A stretch of DNA of 64,000 nucleotides from assembly GCF_006345805.1 (NCBI RefSeq), contig NC_043007.1:64418001-64482000 (forward strand), read 5' to 3'. Numbering within the stretch: the stretch's first letter is position 1; each line of letters opens with the position of its first letter. Position numbers and translations under genes: made by a program. This document shows, piece by piece, positions 1 through 13,044 of this stretch. The notes beneath the pieces were generated by a model that did no database searches, was not told the DNA's origin, and was given only the letters and a program-made list of their open reading frames with translations. Source of the stretch: Octopus sinensis. Lineage: Eukaryota.

Positions 1-1052
1 GACCTGACCTAGAGAAGAAATTTCAGGTGTGGAAGGCCTGCAGTCTTAAAGTTAATTAAAAAAAAAAACTGAAGTCCTAGTAAGTAGGAAAACAGACAAA
101 TCACAAGTCCTTTCAGGGAGATGGCTCTGCTCAATATGTAAGAAGGGTGTTGGTAGAAACTCCATATGTTGTACCCAGTGCAAGCTTTCGAAACATAAGT
201 GATGTAGTGGTGTCACAGGAAGGTTAACAGAGAAAATAGTCTTTGTGTGTAGCAAATGTGTGGGTACAATAAGCACTAAAAATGCACAGGTTGATACCTA
301 GAAGTAGTATAGCCTCTGATACCTAGGCAACCATTGCTTGAATGAGAACAGGCTGGGCAAAGTTCAGAGAGCTTTTACCTTTGTTGGTAACTAAGAGCCT
401 CTCCTTCAGAGTGAAAGGTAGATTGTATGATCCCTGTGTATGTACAGCTATGCTACATGGCAGTGAAACATAGGCTATGACTACAGAGGACTAGTGAAGG
501 CTTGAAAGAAATGAAGCTAGCATGCTCTGTTAGATTGGTAATGTCAATTTGCAAACACAGCAAAGAGTAAATGATTTATGAGGAAAACTGGGTATAAGAG
601 GCATAAGATGTGTGCAAGAGAAAAAACTATGTTGGTTTTATTATGTGCTGCATATGGATGAGGACAGTTGCATGAAGTGCCAAGCTCTAATTGTGGAGGA
701 AACCTGTGAAAAGGGTAGACCCAAGAAGTGGGATGAAGTGGTGAGGAAGGATCTTCAGATGCTGGGCCTCAGCAAGGGAATGACAAAGGACCAAGACTTG
801 TGGCAATTACAGGTGCCAGTGCCATGTAAAATGCTTTTGTGCTGGCACTGTGTAAACACACCTATGCTGGTGGCACATAAGAAAACCCAGCACAGCCTGT
901 AAAGTGGTTCGTATTAGAAAGAGTATCCAGTTGTAGAAACCATGCCATAACAGACAATTGGAGTCTGGATAGCTCTCTGGCTGGCCAGCTCCTGTCAAAC
1001 CATCCAACCCATGCCGGCATGGAAAGCAGACGTTAAACGATGATGATGATGA
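1..1052 (+). mobile_element. RTE-clade LINE, degraded 3' ORF plus 3' UTR and (GAT)n tail
   Basis: Frameshifted 'LYDPCVCTAMLHGSET', 'GRPKKWDEVVRKDL' RTE C-terminal motifs. Tail ...ggaaagcagacgttaaac(gat)n. Confidence 0.9.
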
Positions 1053-1070
1053 TATATAAATATATATATA

Positions 1071-1965
1071 TCATCATCATCATCGTTTAACGCCTGCTTT
1101 CCATGCTGGCCTGGGTTGGATGGTTTGACTGAGGACTGGCGAGCCAGATGGCTGCACCAGGCTCCGATCTGATCTGGCAGAGTTTCTACAGCTGGATGCC
1201 CTTCCTAACGCCAACCACTCTGAGAGTGTAGTGAGTGCTTTTACGTGCCACCAGCACGAGGGCCAGTCAGGTGGTACTGGCGACGGCCATGCTCAAATGG
1301 TGTATTTTATGCGCCACCTGCACAGGAGTCAGTGCATCGGCACTGGCAATGACCTCGCTCGAATATTGTTTTTCATGTGCCATCAGCACAAGTGCCAGTA
1401 AGGCGGTGCTGTCATTGACCACGTCAGCAAATTTGATTTTGATTGTGTATTCACTTGCCTCAACAGGCCTTTGCAAGCAAAGTTTAGTGTCCAACGAAAG
1501 AAAGGTATGCATATGTAGGCTGGTTACACTGCTAGCATAGGCTATGAGTTATGGTCTCACTTGGCTTGCCAGGTCTTCTCAAGCACAGCATATTTCCAAA
1601 GGTCTCGGTCACTATTCATTGACTCGGTGAGGCCCAATGTTCAAAGGTCGTGCTTCACCACATCATCCCAGGTCTTCCAGGGTCTACCTCTTCCAGAGAT
1701 TCCCTCAACTGCTATGGTGTGACACACAGCTGTCCTCATCCATTCACACCACATGACCATACCAGCGGAGTTGTCTCTCTTGCACACCACATCTGATGCT
1801 TCTTATGTCCATCTTTTCTCTCAAGGCACTTAAACTGTCGTGTATGCACACTGACATTACACATCCAGTGGAGCATACTGGCTTCATTCCTTGCAAGCTT
1901 ATACATGTCCTCAGCAGTCATGACCCATGTTCCACTGCCATGTAGCATGGATGTTCATACACATG
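1071..1965 (-). mobile_element. RTE-clade LINE, 5'-truncated (tail, 3' UTR, ORF end)
   Basis: ORF 1736-1948 MLHGSGTWVMTAEDMYKLARNEASML. Same 3' UTR and (CAT)n tail, opposite orientation to the previous copy. Confidence 0.9.
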
Positions 1966-2228
1966 TGTCACACTATACCTATAATACTACATGGACTGAA
2001 ATCTCTGTTGCCAGGTCACTTGTATGTCATTGTAGTTACTTAATTTAATTACTAATTTAGGTGGTTCAAAGTTGTCAGTTTGGTACAGTGGTTAGCAAAA
2101 CTATATGGATTACAGCAAAGGCAGACTTCAAAACCCACAGGCAATATTATAATTGCTTTCCATCTTACAAACACACACACAGTATGTATATATGTGTGTG
2201 TGCGTGTATATATATATATATATATATA

Positions 2229-4067
2229 TTGGGTCATCCTATAAATAATGTAGTTAGTTCAATTGCATGAACTAAAAGTCAGAGTGGGATAGGATAAACT
2301 ACCTGCATCAACTTGCTATGAGAGCAGGTAGTTTTACCCTGTCTTTATTCTTAGAGCAAGTTTTGAAGAGTGCAGTTTGATTTCAACAATTATTTTTTCA
2401 AAGCTATAATGGAAGTGACAAAGGACCATATTCAGCATATTTTGTTTATGAGCTCAATAAAGGCAACAATGCAACAGAAAGTGCAATTAATACAGTATAT
2501 GGGGATCAGACAATAAGCATATGCCAGTGTCAATGGTGGTTCCAGAAATTCTGAGCTGGAAACTACAGTCTAGAAGACGAGGCTCATCCTGGAAGATCTG
2601 CAGAGCACAATGAGGATGTCCTGCAAACCCTGGTGGAACAAAATCCCATCGTAACTGTTGAGTAACTAGAAGAGAACTTGGATTTGGTCATTCAACCATT
2701 CATTGACACCTGTGTGCCATCAGGAATGTCAGCAAATTGAGTCAATGGATTTCTCATAAACTTTCCAAGTGTAATCGCGTGCAGAGAGTGAATTTGTGAT
2801 CTTCTTTGCTGTCACATCTCACAAATAAACCTTTTTTGGACCGAATAGTGACTGGTGATGAGAAATGGGTTCGCTATAAAAATGTCGAGCCCCAAAGACA
2901 GTGGGTAGTTTTGAAGAGTGCAGTTCGATATCAATAATTATAGCTTTGAAAATTATTTTTTCAAAGCTATAATGGAAGTGACGAAAAAGCATATTTAGCA
3001 TATTTTGCTTATGAGTTCAATAAAGGCAACAACGCAACAGAAAGTGTGATGAATATTAATGCAGTATATGGGGATCAGACAATAAGCATAAACCAATGTC
3101 AACTGTGGTTCCAGAAATTCTGAGCCAGAAACTACAGTCTAGAAGATGATCCTTGTCCTGGAAGATCTGTAGAGCTCAATGAGAATGCCCTGAAAACCCT
3201 GGTGGAACAAAATCCCATTGTAACTGTTGGTGAGCTAGCAGAGAAGCTCGGATCAACCATACATTGACACTGCGTGCCATCAGAAAAGTCAGCAAATTGG
3301 GTCAATGAGTTCCTTGCAAACTTTCCGAGTCTAATCAAGCACAGAGAGTGAATGTGTGTTCTTCTTTGCTGTCATGTCTCACGAACGAACCTTTGTTTTG
3401 GACCAAAGAGTGACTGGTGATGAGAAATGGCTTCTCTATAAGAATGTTGAACATCAAAGACAGTGGGTAGGGAAAGGAGAAACACTGGCACCCCAGGTTA
3501 AAGAAGGTCTTCCCCATGTAAGATGTTGTTATCTGGTTGGTGGGATATGAAAGGTTTAGTCCACTTTGAACTTTTAAACCCAAACTAAACGATAACAAAG
3601 GAGATCTACTGTGAGCGGCTTGAGTGGCTTAAGTCAGCACTAAAAGGAAAATGACCATTTTTGGTTTCAAGATGAAAGGTGTTCCTCCATCAGGATAATG
3701 TTCAGTTACATACAGTGAGGATGACATTCCAAATGCTGGAGCAGTTTGAATGGGAAATGATGCTCCACCCACCATATTCACCGGACATTGCCTCATCTGA
3801 TTATCATTTATTCCACAGTCTTCAAAATCGTTTCGACAAAAAAAAAATATGAATTCTGTAGATGAGGTCAGAACAGTACTGGAGGAGTATTTTTCGTCAC
3901 GGAGAAGTAATTTTGGAAGAGGGGCCTTGCAAGCCTACCATATAGATGGAAGAGCATTGTAGAAAATGAAGGAGAGTATATTTTAGATTGCAAAAGGACT
4001 TTGTTAAACTTAATTTTGAAAAATAAAAGAAGTATAAAAATACCACATAATTTTTGGAATGACCCAA
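2229..4067 (+). mobile_element. mariner (DD34D) element, decayed, with internal tandem duplication
   Basis: TA flanks. TIRs ttgggtcatcctataaataatgtag / ttgggtcattccaaaaattatgtgg (20/25). Motifs VTGDEKW, HQDN, HPPYSPDIASSDYHLF, all broken by stops and frameshifts. Confidence 0.92.
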
Positions 4068-4723
4068 TATATATAACCTCTCATCCTGTAGCATAAATCA
4101 GTCTCCCTCTCACTATGTAGCACCACTTAACTGAAGAAATCTTAGTCTTGCAAGCTGCATGGTGACCTCACTAGTGCCAGTGACATGAAAAAAGCACCTA
4201 GTAAACTTCGTAAAGTGGCTGACATTAAATAGGACATCCAGCTGTAGAAACCATACTAAAGTAGATACTGAAGCACACTGCAGCCTTCTGACATGTTGTA
4301 TTCTCCCAAATCATCCAACCCAGTCAGCACAGAAGATGAATTTAAAAGATGATGATGATGTACAGTGAATGCATTTAATGCAAAAAATGTGTGTGAAGGC
4401 TTGAGAGAAATAAGATGAGCATGATCTGCTGGATGTGTGATATTTGTGTATATGAACAGCAGAGTATAAATGTCTAAGTTTAGACTGGTCACAAACACAA
4501 GCATGACAGGCTACTGAGCAGTTTCTATCAAATTTCACTCACAACACATTGGTGAAGCTGATACTATAGTAGAAGATATTTGTCCAAGGTGCAGTGTAGT
4601 GGGATCAAACCCAGAACCATGTGGCTGTGAAGCAGACTTCTTAACCACACAAACATGCCTGAGGCCATTAGCTGAGTTAAGAAACCATTAGTTAAAAAGT
4701 AAGCTACATCAACTACTACATAC

Positions 4724-4801
4724 ATGAGCTTCTTCTTTCATCTGCTTCTGGAACAGTTCCCATTCTTCTTCCATCTTGTCTTTGTACTCCACTTGCCTCA
4801 C
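4724..4801 (-). CDS. ZNF830: ZNF830 exon 6: VRQVEYKDKMEEEWELFQKQMKEEAH (gene continues left of the window)
   Basis: Acceptor ccattcgcaacag, donor CAT|gtatgt, 78 nt, phase 0/0. Matches human [22 protein letters not shown]. No further exon found in 1-4700. Confidence 0.93.
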
Positions 4802-5347
4802 CTGTTGCGAATGGAAAACAACAAAAAGTCATTCACACTCAGTTAAGAAACAACATGAAAAAAATCCAATACAATGTAATCAATTGGTAGCATGATAACA
4901 GAATAGGCTGGCATAAATTATACTTTGAATTGAGTAAAAAAATATATCATTAATATTGTATTAATTAGGGTATGAGAAGTTTAAATTGATACAGAAATCT
5001 ATCACACTCCAACCAGTTTTCATGGTAGACCATTACTGCTATCTTCTGTAGTGGTCTACAGAAGATAGCAGATAACTTTTCTGATGCCAATTTTGGGTGA
5101 CAGCTTAGTCAGATAGGAAAGGACAGTGCCCATAACCCTTCACTTTTTAGAGGAAAGAAGTGAGGAACTTACTCTGAATTCCACTAAGGGTACCCAAGGA
5201 CCAGGGAATGATGTTAAATTGGACAACAAATTAAATCTATGCTTTAACTAAATCATGGCACCAATTAAAGATTATGAATATATAATTAGGAAACTAGTCC
5301 GTTAGAAAACCTCTGTTCGAGATAGAAGCAGTATATGAACCCATAAG

Positions 5348-5737
5348 TATTGATTATGGTCACTTTAATGTATCTCTTCTCTAAGAGACAATGATACTGC
5401 CATTTAATCCCAGGAAGACATCTCCTTAAGCTGGTTTATTCCTAGTTACAAAATCAGTGATTGTATGACACTGTATTTTCTATATATTGCAAGCAAGGTT
5501 AAACTGTTGCCAAGCCTGGTGAATAAGTGCCTGTCACCAAGCAGATCAAATACAGATTAAAACCACATGGTCTGGTTCTCAGAGCTAAGGTGGCAGGAAT
5601 TATCTCCCGCTTGCAATAAATATTGAGTGTGAGAAACACACTGAATAAACCAGCTGGAGGAGATGTCTTTCCGGGGTTAAATGGCAATATTGTCATCTCT
5701 TAGTGGATAGCCACATTAAAGTGACCATAAACAATAC
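5348..5737. repeat. Inverted repeat, ~95-bp arms (5348-5441 / 5643-5737), ~200-bp spacer
   Basis: Arms share ttatggtcactttaatgt...gccatttaa.cc.ggaa.gacatctcct..agctggtttattc, about 80% identity by eye. Confidence 0.75.
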
Positions 5738-6079
5738 AAATATTAAGTATTTAACTGTAAAGCTGACACCTTATCCACTTCACCACTATAAATCCTTGAA
5801 TATGGGATTCATCACTATCATCATACAGAGATTGAAATACATTGTTCAAATAACAAAGAAAAGATGAGTGATTAAGAAAATGTTTACATTAAGCCTCTCA
5901 GATACGAAATGTAATAAAATCAGTGCTGGCTATAATTTTTATAGAAAATCTATAGAGATAACTTGAACAAGTGGTGTAATAGCACTACTAACACAATAGA
6001 ACACAATATTGACATATAAAAGCATGTATTATACTTTGTAGTATATTATGGTTGCATAGCAAAATATGGTGGTCCCTAC

Positions 6080-6645
6080 AAGTCATTACTACTGATGCTA
6101 TTTTCATAGTCAGGCAACTGCAAGAGAAGTATTTAGCAAAGAATAAGCTGTTGTACTTGGCATTTGTTGATCTGGAGAAAGCCTTTGATAGCGGATTCAG
6201 CTGTGTGACATGGTGGGCTCTGAGGAAGCTAGGTGTAGGTGAGTGGCTTGTAAAAGTAATACAGGCCATGTACAGGGGTGCTATTAGTAAGGTAAGAATT
6301 AGCCATGAATACAGTGACAAATTTAGAGTACAGGTAGGTATTCACCAAGTCTCAGTCCTCAGCAAAATTCTTGATGATTCTGTCAGTGATAGCTTCATGT
6401 AAGAAACACTGATGCTGGTACCACATAAAAAGCACTGGTGTTGGTGCATATAAAAAGAACTGATGAGGGTACCATGTAAAAAACTATCTAGTATACTCGG
6501 TAAAGTTGTTGGTGTTAGGAAGGGCATCCAGCTGTAGAAACCATGCCAAAACAGGCTATGGAACCTGGTGTGGCTCCTGGCCTTGCCAGCTCCTGCCAAA
6601 TCATCCAACTATATCAGCATGGAAAATGGATGTGAAATGATGATC
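6080..6645 (+). mobile_element. RTE LINE RT fragment plus short tail
   Basis: TDAIFIVRQLQEKYLAKNKLLYLAFVDLEKAFD ... VGIHQVSVLS (RT domains 3-4), followed by the RTE-type 3' tail. Confidence 0.88.
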
Positions 6646-6995
6646 TGTTTTTTTCTCTATGGTTAAGTAGAAGAAATGAATAAAAAAAACTGTGGATGTC
6701 AACAAGAAGCAAGCTGATTAGCAACATGTTACCCACACAACATTAAATATATTTTCAACTACAAACATGGCACAATAAATAGAGCCCCTCTGGATATTAG
6801 TGAAGGAAGAAGACTTCATAACAACAATGGTGAGGGTAGAGTATGTTTGTGATGTGGGGTAGAGGTTTATGAGTTAATTGAGAACTTAACATGCAATGAA
6901 GAATATTAAACCAAACATCAAATACTGTTTAGAAAAATAAATATTAACAAAAAAATCCTATGCCAGATGTAGATAAACACTTGAGAAAAAGTAGC

Positions 6996-7780
6996 ACTAC
7001 TCTTTTACTCGTTTCAGTCATTTGACTGTGGCCATGCTGGAGCACTGCCTTTTGTCGAGCAAATCGACCCCAGGACTTATTCTTTGTAAGCCTAGTACTT
7101 ATTCTATCGGTTGCTTTTGCTGAACTGCTAAGTTACAGGGACGTAAACACACCAGCATCGGTTGTCAAGCGATGTTGGAGGGGGGGACACATATATATAC
7201 ATATACATATATACAACGGGCTTCTTTCAGTTTCCGTCTACCAAATCCACTCACAAGGCTTTGGTCGGCCCGAGGCTATAGTAGAAGACCCTTGCCCAAG
7301 GTGCCACGCAGTGGGACTGAACCCGGAACCATGTGGTTTGTAAGCAAGCTACTTACCACACAGCCACCACTACTCTCTTTACTCTTTTACTTGTTTCAGT
7401 CATTTGACTGCGGCCATGCTGGAGCACCACCTTTAGTCGAGCAAATCGACCCCGGGACTTATTCTTTGTAGCCCAGTACTTATTCTATCGGTCTCTTTTG
7501 CCGAACCGCTAAGTGACGGGGACGTACAACACCAGCATCGGTTGTCAAGCAATGCTAGGGGGACAACACAGACACACAAACATATACACAACACTTATAT
7601 ATACATATACATATATAAGACAGGCTTCTTTCAGTTTCCGTCTACCAAATCCACTCACAAGGCATTGGTCAGCCCGGGGCTATAGCAGAAGACACTTGCC
7701 CAAGATGCCACGCAGTGGGACTGAACCCGGAACCATGTGGTTGGTTAGCAAGCTACTTACCACACAGCCACTCCTGCGCC
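6996..7780 (-). mobile_element. Two tandem copies of a composite tRNA-derived SINE unit (~6996-7367, ~7368-7780)
   Basis: Each unit has gtcatttgactg.ggccatgctggagcac..., then (AT/AC)n, then the reverse complement of a tRNA-like head gtggctgtgtggtaag...ggttccgggttcagtccc. Copies are about 90% identical. Confidence 0.8.
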
Positions 7781-8584
7781 TAGTTTATCTTACAATGAAG
7801 TTATTAGCCAAAGTAATTTTCAAAGGTAACAATGCATAGCAATAGTACTTCTTCATATAACAGCAGTTAGAAGGAAAATTAAATGCAAGATTGACCATAT
7901 GCATAAACAAACTTGCGGTCAGTTAAAAAAAGAAACTTTTAAAAGCAATTTGTTCTTCTAAAGTCATCTTCATGACTCAAAAACTCATTGCATATTTACT
8001 TTTGTTTATTTCAGTTCAAGTATTCCATAAAATAACAAGGACAAACTGAATGAAATTAGGTAAATTTTGTCATAAATATAACAATGGGCATTTAGTAAAC
8101 TATATAATATGGTATTAGCAAATAATTTATTTTGATATGGTGATATTGAAACAACATTTAAATAACTTTACATTTCAGATGATACTTGGACTGACATGTA
8201 ATTCAAGTAGTTTTGAAACAAAAAACTCCATTAAAGAACCATTTAAGTGAGTGAAAAACACTCAATAAATATAAAAAGTTTTATGAAACCAGTTTTAATA
8301 ACTGATTATTTTAGAATTTAATGAAAGGATTGTGGTTTTTACTGGGAAATAGTGGGTTGCATAAGGATCTAAATACATCAAACTTTAAAATGATCTGATA
8401 ATGAGAGGACTACAAATGTAAGGTGAAAACAAGGTTTTTTTTTACTGTCTTTCAAGAAAGAGCGCACCAAGATTGAGAAGCATCTTATACTTTACACATT
8501 TTATAAGCTGTCAATACTATGGTATTCAATAAAGTAGCAACAGGTAGTGTATATAATACCTGTTCAAGTGAAAATATAACCTAC

Positions 8585-8706
8585 CTTAGCATCAATCACA
8601 GGGTCATCAAAAAAGCCTTCAGGCAAGACATTAGCTATCTTACTTTCAGAATCATTACCAGCTTCATCTTTATTTTCAGCAGGTGCCGATCCAGAATCGA
8701 AGAAGT
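8585..8706 (-). CDS. ZNF830: ZNF830 exon 5: (D)FFDSGSAPAENKDEAGNDSESKIANVLPEGFFDDPVIDAK
   Basis: Acceptor cttcatcttatttcag, donor AAG|gtaggt, 122 nt. Contains the diagnostic LPEGFFDDP motif. Confidence 0.95.
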
Positions 8707-11287
8707 CTGAAATAAGATGAAGTGAAGGTATTTTAATTTCTATTTCAATTGTTAATCATAAAATCCATTTTCATTGTGAACTGTTGTGATGAGTAGTCAG
8801 AAGCAGGAAAACTACTAAGCTATAAAATAAATTAATATTTAAAAAACTTAATGCAAATATATAAATTTGCAAAACTATTAACCTCATGTGAAAGTAATGA
8901 AGAACTGGATTGTATAACATTATGTTACAATTCTGTGAAAAATAAACTGAGTTAGAAGGGAGAAGATTATAAATGAATTACTAATGAAGTGATGATCCTT
9001 CACATCTTTTAAAACAAAACCCCTATTCTGATAGAAAAAACAAAAAAGAAAAAAACGAGGGATTTACTAAGTTGCACTAATCAGCAAAAAACAAAGTGAT
9101 TGTGAGGTTACAACTGTAAAGATTGTGAGTTCAAAACATTTTGCATCTTGTGCTCATAAGTCTCTGTGGAATGTTAATGAAAAACAGGAAGCATCATTTC
9201 CATTACACAGTAAAATGGTTGAGCTCTCATTTTTGTTGCTTTTATCCATTTTTCCATGAAAACATACAATACACCCTAAGCATAGTTAGAACCACATTCC
9301 AATGACTGACATTTTCTTAAGAGCCAGAAAATATCTCAGTCCCTTACTACTGATACTCAACAAGGCTCAAATGAAGCCCACAAGGGAGTACTGCACCAGC
9401 ATCTAGAACAAAGCTGCTATGACCATATCCAGAGAAAGGTCACTTGACAACTCATCACTAATGGATACACTCCAGCCTCTGGCTCTAAGGTGTGGGGTTT
9501 CTTCCCTATCTTTGTTTTTCCTAACTTGTAACAGTTTAACTGCGACATTAACTGCATGAGCCTGCATGGGCCATGGGCTCAGCCTCACCCTACAGATTCA
9601 ACAAGTAGTAAAAAAAAAAAAGATTAATTGCATAATTAGTTGTTGTTTTAACTGAAAATCTTTTCAAATATTAACTCCTAATTAATAACTATGAAGTGGA
9701 TGGAAATTGTTTCATCAGTCAAGGAAACTGAAATAAGGATACAAGAAAATGGTGGTAGTAGATTTGAATACATTATGTATAATATGTACTGAAAGTGAAA
9801 ATTAGTTTTTCTAGTTGTGACTTTTAATTCAAACAGACCTGTTGTGTGAAACATTCTTACAACTGCTGCACTGTTGTCATGGTAACAGTAAAGATACTAC
9901 CAAGGTTACACACTAAATGAAGGTAGTAGTGGTGGTGGTGGTTGATGAGTGTGTTATGAAATACACAACTGTAAAATATTCATTCAATTAACACACTTTA
10001 GTACAGACGTAGTTGAATACAGATAGGTTTGTCAGACTCATGGAAGATGGGTAGAACAGAGACTGGATGAAATAATAATGATAATGATGGCTGAATACAA
10101 TACTGTACATTCTTCTAGATGGTAATTAAATGTGAGCTACTAGACTATTCTATATAAAAAAGAAAACCGAGGAGAGTGAATTGATGGAAAGCTTGATGTA
10201 GTAAAATAAAGTGATTATTTTTCTTTATTTTATCCATTTGAAAGAGAAATGAACAGATACCTTAGCCCATGTAGGATATGAACTATGAAACCATTATTTG
10301 TAAGAACAAGCTGTGACATTCCAATTGTTTTTCAGTTAGAGTGCCCTGTAGTTTTATTGGGGTGGGTATAAGTCAATGATAGATCTTCTAAGTGCTTGCA
10401 TAACCTGCTAAAATTAACAGCAAACTGTTTCTCAGATCACACTCCTTTCTTAGAACAAACAAACCTCAGCCATTTTGGATAATGTAGTTCTATGCTAGGA
10501 AAAAAAGAGGAATGGCCATGGGGTGAAACTTTCATCAGAGGTCTGCTCAGCTAGGATTGGCCTGGGGCTAAATAACTACAACCAAGAAAGAACTGAAAAG
10601 AAAACCTCTATATAGGTATTCAACTTGCTAGAAATAGTAGCCAAATATCCCTGAACTTACATCCAACTATCATGAAAGAGGAAGTCAAACTGGATGTTGT
10701 AGTCCTTGAAAATGAAATAGGATGGATCAAAGCTGCAAATCAGGATTGAGCTTGGATTAAATGACAACTTGGACCAGGCAAGTGAAATGAGAACTGGTGA
10801 CATTACATACCTTTCATTTATAAGGTATGTGAAACAGTTTAGGTTAGGAATTGAAAAAAGTTGGCATACAGCTTTATCAAGATCTTATTGTTATTTGACC
10901 ACACTCAGAGCAGTTAATGATGAAGCCGTTATCTTAGTCCCAGGTTAGCCATGATCAAGCAGACTTATGATTAAAGGCATTCTAGCTGTGATTACCCAAT
11001 CTATAAAATATCCAAGGCTACAATATCCTGGATACACATGTCACCTTTCCTTTTTAAGATGGTGGAGTATGGTTTGAGGGAAATTTGGTCTGTTATTTCT
11101 ACTAGGCAGAGTACCCTCCTGATATTTTCCCAACTACACACCAGATGCATTTGGTTAAGAAGAGAATAGAATTAACTGAATTTACCTGTGCATAAGCTAC
11201 AGGTATATAGCTTATCAGTCTTAGGAAAATGGAAAGTAAAGTTGATGCAATGACAGAGAACATTAATATAATAGTTTAAATTCTCAC

Positions 11288-11416
11288 CTTTAGGAAGTGA
11301 TGAGGCTGTGGCTGAGTTGGCATCAGTTGATTTTTCGGAAGGGATGGAAACATTTTTTGTCTCAGATAGATCAGCTTCTGAATCACTGTCTGACATTGAG
11401 TCATCAGATTCATCAA
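11288..11416 (-). CDS. ZNF830: ZNF830 exon 4 (acidic/Ser-rich linker): (V)DESDDSMSDSDSEADLSETKNVSIPSEKSTDANSATASSLPK
   Basis: Acceptor cttccctatag, donor AAAG|gtgaga, 129 nt, phase 1/1. Ends in 'SSLP(KDFF)' like ZNF830 'SVLPNDFF'. Confidence 0.85.
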
Positions 11417-13044
11417 CTATAGGGAAGCTTGTCTTGTTTGATAAACTTCACAGAAAAATGTAGACAAGAAACAAATCAATCATGCAATTAGAAGTGAATT
11501 TAATGGAAAATAGAACATTTAACAAGTATTGAAACAAATAAGTTCATAGAGCTTAATATGACAGAAGTGGAAGCTAACGCTTGCATTAATAGCAGTGTGA
11601 CAATATTAATTTCCCCACGTGGGGGAAATTACGTTTTAAACCGTTAATAATGGATATACAGAACATTAAAGTATCAGAAAAATTGGTCAAAAAAACTTTT
11701 AACTGAATTTCTGCAACCAAACACACATAGAGATGACAATATTAGAAACAACAGGACCATAGTAGTGTCCCATGCCTATCAGGTCTTAAGATTATATACA
11801 ACTTTATGATTCTGTATAGACTCTAGAACATTCACTTGAACACAGATGACAATAGACAAACTGAAAAAACTGGCAAGCAAATCCACTTTAAGAATTGGGT
11901 TTGCTTGGCAAGCTACTTCTACCCTGTCTGTACCATTTTAAGAGAAATAACATCATTAGATAATTTTTCTAAGTCTAGCATCAACATAAACTGTAGTGAA
12001 GGAGCTGGCACTCAACACACTGGCACTGTGAGTGTTTAAGATGAAATATGTAGAATGTTGCTGTTTTGCAGACTGACTCATTATATTCCAGTATGAAAGA
12101 ATCAAAATGAATAACATCTCTGCAGTCATTCTTGCTATTGCCTCATCTCAAAACATTATAAGCACCAATTTGTGACAGTTAAGAATTAACACACCTACAG
12201 ACAGGGCTTGGACTGTATACTTAGCTATCACTTATGGGGTGAAAATATTATCAAATATATTAGAAGGCAACACCATTCCATCACCTCAAGTTGGGTTTTA
12301 AAATTATTCCTGTTATTTTAATTGTACTAGTTTTACTCCACAAGTGAATCTGGCAGTTAATTAATGCTAGTAGAATAGGCTATTCTATTAATGACTAACA
12401 TAAGGTGACCTGATTGACATTTGCATGAAAATATCCTTATGAATCAAATTATATCAGATTTGGGAATAGAATGGAACCCTTTCATTGTGAAGTTAGTAGC
12501 ATGGCCACCTGGTAAGTGACTGGTATGTGGTTTGGGTCATGTTAGCCATTTTCTATCTTTTGAAAGAAACTGATGCTTATAATGTCAAATATAAGAATAT
12601 TTTAACCACTTTAACATTTGATTCAGTTTTTGTTTTTAAACTATCCAGCAAAACAATTCTTTTATCAAAATATGAAACTTACTTTGAGGAATTTGTTTTC
12701 AAACTATTCTTCAGAATTGAAGCTAAAAATCAAGACAAAAAAAGATATATTGAAAAAGTAAGAAAACAAACTTTATCAAAAATCTAGGTATTCTTTCTCT
12801 AAATCTACCTTTCAAAACTTAGGATTCTCTTTATTATCATCTTTTATTTCTTCTCGTTTCTTTCCAGTCTTAACTTTAGAATCTAAATAGATTAGAAATC
12901 TACTATTGTGAAGAACTGACTCCCAACTAAAGTTGATATAATCCTATAAGCACTACATATTTAATTAAGTAATTAAAAATAATTATGCAGCAAAGAAGAG
13001 CCAACACTAGCTCAGTAACTAATATTATTTTAATAATTTCAGCA

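Noticed and set aside
9403-9588. 61-aa ORF with GC-richer composition in ZNF830 intron 4
   Set aside because: No recognisable motif, and exons 4 and 5 already join in frame without it.
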